NCBI RefSeq assembly: GCF_000315625.1
Contig: NW_005434630.1
Coordinates: 496,001 to 559,403, forward strand
DNA from: Guillardia theta CCMP2712
Lineage: Eukaryota; Protista; Cryptophyta
Reading direction: 5' to 3'
DNA: 63,403 nt
A program made the position numbers and the translations under genes. Below are positions 21,186-33,154 of the stretch, piece after piece. The notes under the pieces were generated by a model. It saw only the letters and a program-made list of their open reading frames with translations, was not told the DNA's origin and ran no database searches. Within the stretch, counting starts at the first letter, position 1; each line of letters begins with the position of its first letter.

Positions 21186-24100
21186 TCAAGGAGGCAGCGA
21201 GAACGAGGCAGTGGACGACGAGGGAGGAAAGAGAAAAGGAGGGAGAGGGTGACCATTGTTGTTCGATCGTGGGATGAAAGGGAAAATTCCTCTCCCGATG
21301 TTCTCAAAAGTGCCCAGAATCCCCGCGCCAACCTCCCCTATCCTCTTCGCCTCTGTTGGCTTGCTGCCGAATAGCCCCCGGCCCTGTGACGCGATGAAGC
21401 CCCAGCCTTCCTCTTGCCTGCCAATGGGACACGTCAGCCTCCAACCTCCTGCTTCCCACACTCACAGGTTCCTCGCCGTCGGCAACCTTGTGCTTCTGGT
21501 TGTGAGAGCGCCGTCGAGGCTCTTCCTCGGAGGAGGGGTGGAGAAGTTGAAAGGAGAGAAAGGAAGATTGACTTTGATGGCGGAGGGCAGAGGGTCGAAG
21601 CCGAAAGGGCCCGAGATCGCTTCCGAGACCTTGGAGAGATTGGACGTGTTGGAGTCGACTCCCTTCCCCCGGCCGTTGGTGAGCATCACCTCAGGGGCCG
21701 CGGCCCGAGGGGTCTGTCGGATTTGATCAGAGGGAAAGGGAAGGAGAAGGTAGCACAGTACCATCACAAGCTTCTTCGGCCGAGGCGTGCACTGGTCAGC
21801 TCCAAGGATCTCCTTCTCGAAGCCGGACAAGCGACCGTGCAGGTCGTCCATGTCATTGACAAGTGCCTGTGGGCGGATGAGGGAGGGAAGATTCTCGAGT
21901 GGACCTTCAAGCGCAGTTCAATAAGAACTCACGTTGGATTTCTCTACTAAGAGGGAAAGCGGTGAAACAGTCTTTCTCCAGCACCCCCTTGTCCAGCAAG
22001 GGAGGTTCGTTGGACGTGTTGAAATTTTCCTGCATCGGACTTCAACCAGCCAGAATGCGTGGGATGCGCAGCCATCACCAGCAGCACGGGAGCGAAGTCT
22101 CGATTCATTTGCGCCTCCTCCGCCAGGATCCCCTTGATGGTCATGAGGGCAGTGACAATCCTCTTCTTGTTCCAACGCCCGTCCAGTTTCTTTCGAGATT
22201 TGATCAGACGCGCGCAGAAAGACAAGACAAGTTCCTCACGTCTGCCTGCATCACGCTCGAGAGCTCTCGCAGCTGAAAGCGCCTCAGCGCCTGTTTGATC
22301 ATGACCATGAACTCCTGGATACCTGCGAAAACACTTGGATAAGTGCGTCGGAAAATTCTTCATGCATGCTTTCTTATATCTATCCCTCTGTGTCTCTCTG
22401 TCTCTAGACGTAGATGTGCATGCATACACGCAAACACGTGTGTACAGATGTACAGATTCATCAAAGGCCCTGACTTCTTGTGCTTCGTACCCATGTATCC
22501 ATGCGCATCGCAGAGCTTCTTTTCCTCGACGTACTTCTCCCAGTGAGGCCGATGAAACATGATTGGAGGTATACAGCTGATAAACGCTTAATTTCACTCG
22601 AAACACATCAGGGCAAACCTCACCCCAGGTTCAAGAAGCCATGATACAGGTTCGTATGATTCAGCCTAGTGTTCTCCCCTCCGGTCAGGTCGGCTGCCCG
22701 AACGATTCGAATGAAGAGGAACGTGATGCGCTTTTCCAGGTCGTCCACATCATGATACGTGCACAAGTCTTTCGCTATGATTGTGAGAGGACAGCGGTCG
22801 TGAACCGGAGCTTTCTCCTTGACCTTGTGCCGCTCCATCTGAAGTGAAGTCGACTTGGTCGCCGCTCGAGCGAATTCATCCAGGAGCACCGCAATCACAA
22901 CATTGACTAGAACAAAGGAGACCAGAAGCTGGTAGCTGACAAAGAAACTGCAACGCCGGGCCCGTTCCCGGTGAGTATGAAGAGCTGTCGAGAGATGTAG
23001 GCCCAATTATCTCCCGTAAGGATCTGAAACATGGTGAACATGGTCGTGAAGAAGTCACCAAAGTACTCAGGCCAGCTGGAGCTGAAGAAAGAAACAGCCA
23101 TGATCGAATAGATGCATGTGACAAGACAGACAAGGGCAAAGGCGTTCATCATCGGCGGGATAGAGAGGTTCAGAGCAATCAAGATCTGGCGGAGCGACGG
23201 GACCCTCTTGAACAGTCGGAAGACCCTGAAAGTCCTCAGCAGTCGCAGCACCTTGATCACAAAAGTCAGATGGTTGCAACACAGGAAGCTACATCAGCAC
23301 CGAGATCCCAGGGACGTTGGGACTGAAGTTTGCGACGACGGAGATAAGCACAACGGTGGTGTCAAACCAGTTCCAAGCATCCCGTATGAATTCATTGACA
23401 AGAGTAGAAAACATGTTGGTGATGAGCTCCAACAAGAAAAGCCCAGTGAAAGATGAATCTATGAAGTTGAGGATGTACCTCAGACCGGCAAGATGCTCAT
23501 CTTGCAATTGACTGTCCATGATATTTACAACAAAGTTGAGTGAGATCATCGTGGCGATTACAATCTGAGTTCGGTCTCCCAGGTATAACCATCTCACATA
23601 CCTCCGATAGGTCTGCAGTCTTGTCATCGGAACAAAACTTGAACGATCATAATGCCTCATGATGCGCGCGATGCTAGAAACCCACACATCCAACTCTTCG
23701 TACGAGCTCGTCTCAAAAACGAACTGCCGCCCCCGATGATACCCCTTCAGACTGGTGCATATGGAAAACTGCAGATCCTGCAGAGTGCCCAGCAGTTCCT
23801 TTGCCTTAAGCCTCTCTACTTCATACTCCGGGTCCATCGAGAAGATGGCATCAAATTCTTCATCCTCCATTCCGCAAAAAACGATGCCACAAACATCTCC
23901 AAAGTAGATTCTGTCCAGCACGCAGCCACCATCCGTGTTCCCATACGAAATGTACTCAGAGGTTAGACAAATATTCCTCAGCAGAAAGGCGCTGGTTGGA
24001 TAGAAACCACGTTTGCGAAGCGCTCCTTCCAGCCATACGGTGTGACTATCCAACAACTGAGCGTCCGTTAGGTCTTGTAGTTTTCCAGACAGAGGCTTCT

Positions 24101-24348
24101 TTGATTTCCGTTTCACTGTTCCCACCTTTCGGCGCAATATGGCGCCTATTCTCAAGAGTGCACGCATACCTCCTCAATCCAGGATCGACGGGGAGCTGCG
24201 GCAACTCCAGAAGGTTACGAAGAATACCTGCCCTACACTTCGAACGATCGTCTCCTTTAACTCATTGTGGTGTCCGGTTCGAAGAGCTATGACGGAACCA
24301 TATTTATGTCTGGACGGCTACCAACGCGGAGATAGGACGATGGAGCAT
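21186..24348 (-). CDS. Single-repeat (6TM) voltage-gated Na/Ca-type channel with an N-terminal PH domain
   Basis: PH fold LEGALRKRG...RQFVFETSSYEELDVWVSSI. S3 DAWNWFD, S4 VLRLLRTFRVFRLFKR, filter FQILTGDNW (TGDNW at 23003-23017), S6 LVNVVIAVLLDEF. Apparent 1-nt frameshift at about 22946. Both ends are approximate. Confidence 0.85.
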
Positions 24349-24482
24349 GGCCTTTACCACATTGAGTGGCACGACGGTGGGCAAGGCTAAGAAGCGGAAA
24401 GAACGAGTGGCAATGCGGCAAGGAGAAGAGGTTCAGAGCAGCAAGGAAGAAAGAAGTGATGTGGGTGGTAAGTAAGGATAGA

Positions 24483-24483
<1 letters not shown>

Positions 24484-24546
<63 letters not shown>
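24484..24546. repeat. (GCAGGA)n microsatellite
   Basis: Seen directly. Confidence 0.9.
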
Positions 24547-24547
<1 letters not shown>

Positions 24548-24999
24548 CAAGACGCCTAAATTTCCTTTCGAGCTGCCAGCATCAAGCGGTAGGGCAGGAG
24601 CACCCCTATGAAAATAATCGGGTGGGGGTTTACTTGTGGGGGTGGGGGTGCGATAACGAGGACAAAAAGGACCCTTGGGGTACAAAAGTTACACACATAA
24701 CCCGTACCTTGAAGTATTGCTTTGATTTCAAAAAAGGGGGTACTTTAGATGGTTTTACAAATTTGGGGGTAGGGTGTGGAGTTTTACTTCCAATAGCAGG
24801 TAGGGGTACTGATTGAGTGGGTGAAGCTTGTGTCTTTAGTAAACTGAAAGATATTATTCTATAACGGTATTTGCTCCAAGGGTGGGTCCTTTGTAGGAAA
24901 TAGATAGGTGGTACAAAGAAAGTATAACGGTTTCTGTGTTGTAAAGTAGGTAAGCTAAAATAGAAACAAAAGTAGGTAAGCTAAAGGAGAGTGACTTTT

Positions 25000-25420
25000 T
25001 GCGTCGGCCGGGCGCCCGGGCCGCGGTGGCAGGCGATCCGACCGGGCCCGGCACAAGGTTCCGGGCCCCGGGAATTTCCGACAGCCGGGCAGTGCCACCT
25101 GACGGTCGGACATGAAACTCATCGTACTTGTTAGAGGCTTGGTGAAAGTTGGGCCTGCCTGACCCGCCTCAGTTGCCGAGTCACGCCCGGGCCGCATCCG
25201 GGCCGTGCCAGTCTGTGACTCAGGGTGATGATCGACTGACTTGCAACTTCCGAGCCATCCCGGGCCCCTCAGAGGCTATGGGGCCGGCCCCCGGCCGGGC
25301 CTTGACACTGATCGGACTCTCCGAGTCACCGACCGGGCCGGGGGCCGCACTCGGAAGCCCGGGCCCGGCCCGACGGCGGGCTTCACTGAGTGACACCCGG
25401 CGATCCGAGCAGGCAAACAG
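25000..25420. repeat. CCGG/GGCC palindrome-rich island
   Basis: Words ccgggcccgg, tgatcggact, ccgagtcac and cgatccga, the same vocabulary as 5020-5330 and 9850-10340. Confidence 0.55.
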
Positions 25421-25459
25421 ATTCCCCGGAATGGCGGCAGAAGCGACTGGTGAGAGGCT

Positions 25460-28400
25460 ATGGCCGAGACGGGGGAAGAGGAGGTGGCGGTGGAGGAGGA
25501 GGTTGAGGAGATCGTGGATGAAGAGAACAAGATCGTATCACAAGCTTCCTTGCGCCATTGAGTCGTTTTGGTGCTCCGTCTTGACTTTGATTGTTTGCTT
25601 TGATCTGGGTACTGTAGCGCGCTGGGTTGTATGCTCGCATTCTGCAACTCTGTTGCTGCCACTTTGAGCCCGAAGAATGAGTTTCTCATCCTCTCTGATA
25701 CTTTGAATGATCCTAGGAGAGGCAGATCCTTGAGATGTCAGCGACCCAAGTCCCCTTTGGGAGCGCTCCGCACAAGACCGAACTCCCGTACGACTCATTG
25801 CAGTTCCGCAACAGACTGCGGGCGCTGCAATGCCTGGTCGAAGACGAAGACTGCCTTCTCTTCATTACAGGTCTGAACCTTCATGCCGAGGTGTGCTGAC
25901 TGATGCGCGTGAAGGCATTGATGGAAACTACAACCTCGGGGCTACCATTGCTCTGAATTACTTGTTCTTCGGAAGTTCCGGGATGCAAGTTTGGCATGCA
26001 AGGCGTGACAGCTCCTTTGACGATGTGGATCTTGATCTCCTCCTCTTCCTCCCACTTATCTGTGATGCAGTGCTTCTTTGCCATTGGCAAGTCTCGGACA
26101 CACCTCTACACAGGCTCCGTCGAATCCTTTTGGAAGCTGTACGACCTGTGCGCACCGGTGCGGGGACGCGCTTGCTCTGTTCTGTTGAGCATCAGCGCTG
26201 ACTTGACGTGCTCTGCCTGCTTTCAGATACATCAGCTCGAAGTCGTGACGCTCTCTCCCAGAGAGGAGGATGACGTGGACCTCGCGGAGGAAAGGAAGGT
26301 GATGACTTTCCTCGACTTCACCGACAAGTTTCGAGCCGTCTCGATGGACCTGTCGAAGCCTGTGCATGGCAATCTGTCACAGGGGCTGGAGGCTGATCAA
26401 CCTCAAGTTGTAGAACACTGGCCTCTCATCCAAGTCTTCGGGATCCAGGAGCTCGGGAGTGAGAAGTTGTCGACGAAGAATCACGAACTTTCTGACTGTC
26501 TCTGCAGACCGAGGCTTTTTCACTATGAACCATCCTGTCAAGGACATCTCTGACAAGCTCATGAAGCTCTACTTACAAGTCGACTCCCACTCGCTGGAGG
26601 GCAGTTTGACGTACAGGTTGTTCAAATACGTTGCATGGGCTCACGATTGCAAACAGGCAAGACCTTGACATGCTGGTGTTTCACTGGAAGACTTGTACGA
26701 ACATCCTGAACCAGACTGCGGCACATGAACGTCTGAAGGTGACAGGACTGAGATGCTTCGTGTGCACAAGTTTCTTGACTCCCTTGTAGTTGACAGAGGA
26801 CGCGATCGTGGAACCGCTTGCCAGTTACTTCGAGTACGGAATCCTGAGGGCTTTCAATCAACATGCGCAGAGCTCTTGGAAGCCACGTGCGACCTTCGGG
26901 TTGAGAACGAACGAGAAAAGTTCGCATGCCATCGCAAGCATCAAGGTGATGGTTGCAACCCTTCCCTGACATGTGTCGATCTGTGATTTCGACTTCACAA
27001 ACCCTTGATGATTCCCGATGCATTAGGTGGAAAACTCTGGAATAGATCAAAAACCAGCAGTTCACTTTGTCATCGAAGCTGCAGAGCCAAACGGGCCGTT
27101 GCGAACAGCTCGAACATACTTTCTAAGTGAGTGGATGAAAAACTGACTTTCTAAGCGTTGCTGATCGTAACATGCTACAGGCAATGGGGGTGCTGGGGCA
27201 AGGGTGAGAACTTTTGATTGGGACGGCAATGAGACCAAGCAGGAGGACAACAGACTAGAAAGAGCTGGGAGGTCAGCGTACGCGAGATACCTCATGATGG
27301 CCTACTGCGCTGTGATCCACGTGCACGAGAAGCTGATGAAGTCTTGGTGCGAGGGAAGCGTGTCAAGCGTCGCCGACCTAAAGAAACATGCGACCGAGAG
27401 CCTGAAAGCCCTGGACCTCGACTGGTTCCGCAACTATGATTTCGAATCGGACCTGGATGTTCAACTCCTGGCGTTCGACAACATCGGCAACCCTGTCGAG
27501 GCTGTTCGGGGATCCCCTCACATGAAGTATCTGAGAGTGAACATGTATCACGTGAAGAGCTTGGATCAGACTCCGACGGATCTAGGAGCGGTCTGCTACG
27601 GAGACACCTTCCTTGATCTGCGATCCTCCTCCTCGCATCCGAGCCAACCGTCCAAGTCCAGATTCCTCAACGTGACTGCTCCCATTCCACGTCACCAGGG
27701 ATGGATTCTACCTGGGCAGGAAGAAGACACCGAGTATATGTATGCTCTTCTATCACGCCTGCAGGCCTCCAAGAGGAACCGGCACAACTCCATGGGAGCG
27801 CTGCTGCTCGAGAGCCCCCTCGAAGGGTTTTGCCTGTGCACACATATAAAGGAGCTGCCGAGGGTGTACGGTGACCTCTGGGTGCTGGAGAAAGGATTGA
27901 TCTTCTCGAGTCACCAGCTGGGCTCTCTGGCCCTTGACTTGAAGCACGATGTCTCCTCCTGCGAGCTCTTCAACGTTGACTTCGTCGCCCGTGACGACTG
28001 CGAGCTCGCGTTTGCGGTGTTCGAGGTCAAGGAAGGAATGCAGCGCTATGGCATCACCGAGGTATCCCTCTCGCCCCGCAACTCTCGCCTCGTGCTCGCC
28101 TCCAGCGCTTCCGACAGGAGGAAGTTCGCAAGGGATGTGTGTCCCAGCTGGAGGTCGAGCTTGGAGGCGGATGGAGTGAGAGTGAGAGTAGTGGAGAAGG
28201 AAGAGCTCGAGCAGTTCAAGGAAGCCAACCACGTCACCTTGGATGCCGAGCACACAGCTCGCAAACAGGAGTTAGACAGCTTCCTCAGCTGCTACCGTGA
28301 GCAGGAAGCCCTCGTTATGTGCCCTGCCTTCCCGGAGGCAGCGGATAGGCAGAGGGATCAGGTAGGCGAGCAGGAGCTCATCGTGGTTGTCGGGCAACCG

Positions 28401-29948
28401 TGCTGCGACAAGAAGAGGCTCGTGGAGAAGATGATCGACATCTCCGGGGACCGCACCGCCTACAACCTCATCACGTACACCTCGACCAACTGCAGCCGGG
28501 GAGACCTCGAGGGCCTCCAGCAGGTGCTCCTCAGCAACGCGTCCTCTCATCGAGGTGACCTGCCGCATCCTCTCGCCGTTGCTGTCGTTCACGTTGGTGT
28601 TGCAGGCAAGGTCCACGTGCTCGTTCTATCCACGTTTAGCTCCGTCCTCCCCATCGCTGAGTTCCTTGCTGGCAACGAGGAGCTCCGCAGGACCGTGAGG
28701 CTCAGGAAGATCCACAGCGTCCTCGACGCTCCTTCTGTTGTTCGCTCCGAGAGTCTCTCCGTCCATCCTTCATGCTCGCAGCAGATCCTCGCCGGCATCG
28801 TCTCCTGCATCCTCCTCGTCAACGTGGAGCAGGCAGAGGACATGACCCTCGTTCAGCGGATGCTCAAGGGCATCAACCACCACAGCCGCTTGCTCCTCAC
28901 CATCGCTGGCTCGCTGACGAAGCAGGCGGACATCGAACTTGTGCTGGGAGGAGGTGGCGACCTCTCGTTCGCCAGCGACAAGATGCGCGGCATCCGCGCC
29001 TCGTTGTACCCTGAGAGTTTTGCGAGGAGGGGAGGGGCTTTGCCCAGCTGCTCGACACCTGAGAAGTTCGAAAGGTTTCGATTTCCGCTGCCTCCTTCAC
29101 TTTGTCTCTCCAAGCAGCTGCTCGTCCGCTCCTTGCGGCCTCTCTTCGCTACCAAACTCGGTGAGCGATGCCTCGCCCTTCCTCCCCATCACAGCTTTAG
29201 CTTTCCTCCTCCCCCCCTCTTCCCTCACCCCCTCCCTCCCTCCCTCCCTCTCTCCCTCCCTCCCTCCCTCCCTCCCTCCCTCCCATCGCTGACAGCCTTA
29301 TTCAGACAACATCCAGTCGTTCGCAGCAGCTGCCAGCAAGCAAAAAAGCATGAACCTCATGTGCGTCAAGATTTGCGCGAAGTTTGCGGGGGAGGAAGGG
29401 AAACCAGCTGAGCTCAAGATCATGAAGCTGAGGCGTCGGAGCCTCGTCATCACCCCCCTGCCTGCTGGGGCTGAGCTGAGCCTAGAGGCTGGCGGACAGC
29501 ACGTAGACCTCCAGCTCATCATTTCCTCCGTCCTCGCCGGTCGCTCGAGCGTCCCCAGGCTGCTGGTGGTGACGAAGGAGGTGGGGGCGGGGGCTGACGA
29601 GCAGCTTGCAGGTGCCGCGGAAGGCGGAGGAGGTGGGGGCGGAGGAGCGGGAGAAGCTGAAGGAGAAGCACAGGGAGGAGAGCTTGCCCGAGGGCTTCTA
29701 CTACAACGGGATGAAGTTCGTGGACTTCGAGGGGAACGTGCTGAAAGAGCACCCGCTCATGTCGTCGTGGATCGCCGAGTTGCTGAAGGAGGAGGCGCGA
29801 GGTGAGAGGCGAAGGAGGAAGGGAGGAGGTGACGAGGCTGTGTGCAGAGATGGAGCAGAAGAATCAGAGCATCCGGCAGGCGATGGAGGCGGTGGAGGAG
29901 GAGGAGCGAAGGTGCATGTTGCACGCAGCAGAAGCGAAGGCGATGTGA
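25460..29948 (+). CDS. DNAAF9: Dynein axonemal assembly factor 9 / Shulin (C20orf194) homolog
   Basis: Segments recalled as characteristic of the family: GIDGNYN...NYLFFG, VEHWPLIQ, GFFTMNH and C-terminal LPEGFYYNGMKFVDFEG...HPLM. A degenerate P-loop-like VVVGQPCCDK is also present. Confidence 0.8.
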
Positions 29949-30059
29949 GGAGGGAGGAGGCAGCAGGGGAGGAGGAAAGAAATGATCTACTTTACATCTT
30001 CCAAAGAGCACAAGAGCCCGTGACCCTCAGCTTCTCGTGGAGGAGGAGGGACTTGAACC

Positions 30060-33000
30060 TCAGGGCCCTTCCGTCACATCGCAGGGTCGCATGGCAGGAG
30101 AGGACGCGGCGTTGAGCTCCTTCCACGCCCTCTCCCCGCTGCTGAGCTTCAGCTGGAGACTCTCTTGGATCTCCCGCATCTTCTGCTCGTGCGCAGACGT
30201 GCTCTGCCTGATCTTTGCGCGGGTCTTGTCGTCCTGCTGGGGAAGAGCTGAGTGGACGGCAGTTGCGAGCTTCAGGTCCCTCTCCCGCGTCTGCTTCCTG
30301 TACTTGCCGTTCTTCCCCGCCGCCTTCTCCACCATCTTGAGCTTTGCGCTCTCTGCTGCTCGGCAGATCCGCTCGAGGCGTATGGCGACGATCTCCCTCC
30401 TCTGCCGCTGCGCGTCCTGCTGGTACCAGTCCAGGAACTTGAGGATTTCCTTTACGTCATCCGCCCCCTCGCCGCCCTCCTCCATGCCCTCCTCCTCCCG
30501 GTCCAGGTCCATGCTGCCGCTCTGCCGGACATGCCGGGAGGGGAGGAAGCGCTCGGCAACCTCGGCGTCCTCGATGGCCTTGAGGATGATGCGACGGTTC
30601 TCCTCGACTTGCCCGAGCACATTGCGGAACACGAGGATCATGGCGACCTGCAGGTCCTGCTCCTGCGGGAACGAGTGGAAGAGGCGGAGGAGGAGCTCAA
30701 GGCCGCAGCCCTCGCGGAAGGAAGCCTTCTCCGCCACCCACTCGAAGCTGAAGCCCTGCATGAGCATGGCGGCGCCAGAGGAGGAGAGAGGAGCTTGAAG
30801 GCAGTGGATGATGAGCTTGTCCCGCAGGTCGAGGAGACCGACCTCAAGCATCATCGTCCTGATCTGATTTGAGTTGCGATTCGCCACCCGATTGAGGATC
30901 CTGACAACGCGAAGCGGGAGAGCAGGGGAGGAGGAGGAGGAGGAGGAGGAGGAAGATGAAGGAGAGGACAAAGAGGAGGAGGACTCGACAAGACGTCGGA
31001 AGATCCGCTCCAAGCTCTTGAGCACGGCGTTGACGTTGGGAGTCTGAGCCGGAGAAATCTCAGCGTTCTCCTCTAGCCGCTGGAGAATCTGGGATGCAAA
31101 AGTTAGTCCAGCGTGGACGGATGAGGAGGAGAACGAAAGGGTTGGAAGGAAGGGAATGCTTGCAGGTAGGAGGAGGTAGAGGGTTACCTCTTCCAGGACG
31201 GGGAGATACAGCAGGTCGTTTCGAATCAGCTCCTTCACATTCAGAACCTTCACGTCCTGCCACAGCCCGTGCCATGCCATGCTCCCTGCCACCCTCCCGA
31301 TCGTCTCCCTCAGTTCTCTCTGCGTCCGCTCCCACTGGTCCCCTCGCCCTCGCCCTGCCCGCCCCTCCTCCTCCAGCCGCATGAGGATGCGTCGGCAGCA
31401 GTCAAGGCCGCCGGAGAGGAGGAACTTGACGGAGCTGAAAGGGTCGTCGAGGAGGAGGAGGACGCGCTTGCAGACGTCTAGACTCGCATCTTCCTCCTCG
31501 AGAGCAGGGAGAAGGTTCAGCAAGACCTGTAGGAGGTAGAAGTTCGGAAGCAGCACGGGCTCTTTCTCTGCCCTGCTCTCCGCCGCAGCCTTCCGCAGCA
31601 GCGCTGACGTGGCGTGCTGGAGCAGCGCATTGACGAGCATCATGCTGCTCCTCTGCGCTGGAGGACCTCAAGCATGAGCTCGAAGCCGCAGGACTTGAGG
31701 AAGAGCTTGCAGTCCTTGGGGGAGGAGAGGAGGAGGGCCAGGACATCGACGCCCCTGCAGCGCAGGCTCTCGTCCTCTGAGGAGAGGAGGCAAAAGCCGA
31801 GCTGGAACCCTCCTGCCGCTCGGAGGTAGTCGAGAGGGACGACAGAGGAGGAGGAGAGGGTGAGGAGGAGGAGCATGAGGTCGTTGTTGACCTGCGAGAG
31901 GTGCGGCAGGTGCATCCGACCGATCACCGCTTGCATGATCTCCGACACGTCGTTGACTGTCCACAGCCTGCAGGACCAGTCAGATGCATGGAGGAAGTGG
32001 GAGAGGCGAGGAAGGGAAGGTGAGGATTGCGAGGAAGGCAGAACAGAAGAAAGAAGGGAGGAGGGGGAAGAGGAAGTGGGGAAGGAGGATGAAGATGGAA
32101 AGGTGAGGATAGGAAGGGGAGGATCGAGGAGGAAACTGGACCAGACATGGCGTGCAAGGAAAGGTTTGAACTTACGGCGCAAGCTGCTGCATGAGGGAGA
32201 TGGAGATGGTCCAGAAGGAGGGGGGGAGAGCATCAAGAAAGTAGAGGAGGCGAGAGGTCCCGAGGAGAGGATACGACATCCACATGGTCCGGCTGCTGCT
32301 GGAGGACATGAAGCTGTCCTCAAGCACCCGCAGCAGGTCGCGCTGGATGTCGGAGGAAGAGGAGGGGATGAGGTCGACGAGGAGGAGGGAGACTTCAGGG
32401 TCTCTGAGGGTCTTTCCTCCTACCTCCTTGGAGGAGAGGTGCAGGAGGAGAGACATGACGGGGCCTTGGTCTCCTCCCCGGCCCAGCTGCTGGTGCACGA
32501 CGTAGCAGAGAATCTGCAGGATGGTGTGAGGAGGGAGCGAAGAGAGAGAGGAGGGAGGAGGGAGGAGGGAGGAGGGAGGAGGACGGAGGAAAAGAGAGTG
32601 GAGACGAAGTAAGGGAGAAGGTAGGGGAGGAGAGGCTGCGAAGGAAGTACAGCAGAGGAATGGGGGATGAAAAAGAGGAGGAGGAGGAGGAGGAGGAGGA
32701 GGAGGAGGAGCAATGGGTTTCATACGCTGCATCCTTTTGCTGCCAGGAAAGCTCTGAAATTCGGTTCCCAGCGGACGAGAAGACCAACAAGAACCTCAAG
32801 CGCTTGAAGTTGAAGCTGCTCCTCTTGCGGAGAGATGAGCCTGCTCCCGACATTATCTCTCCTCTCCTCCCTCCCCTCCCCTCCCCTCCCCTCCCCTCCT
32901 CTTTTCTCTCTTTCTCTGGCTTCTGCTGCTCACCTTAGCGCTAGTTGAATGCCCCCGATCTGCAGAATCGTAAGGAGAAGGAAGTGAATGATGGGGAAAC

Positions 33001-33070
33001 GAGACTGAGATTGGTTTCGCTACATCCACGCAATGGTGATGTTGATGATGATGATAACGGAGATGATGAC

Positions 33071-33154
<84 letters not shown>

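Noticed and set aside
24943-24985. 17-bp direct repeat aaagtaggtaagctaaa
   Set aside because: Two copies only, consistent with local slippage, and no element lies between them.
30037-30872. Long + strand ORFs opposite the neurobeachin-like gene
   Set aside because: Antisense shadows of a GC-rich coding exon.
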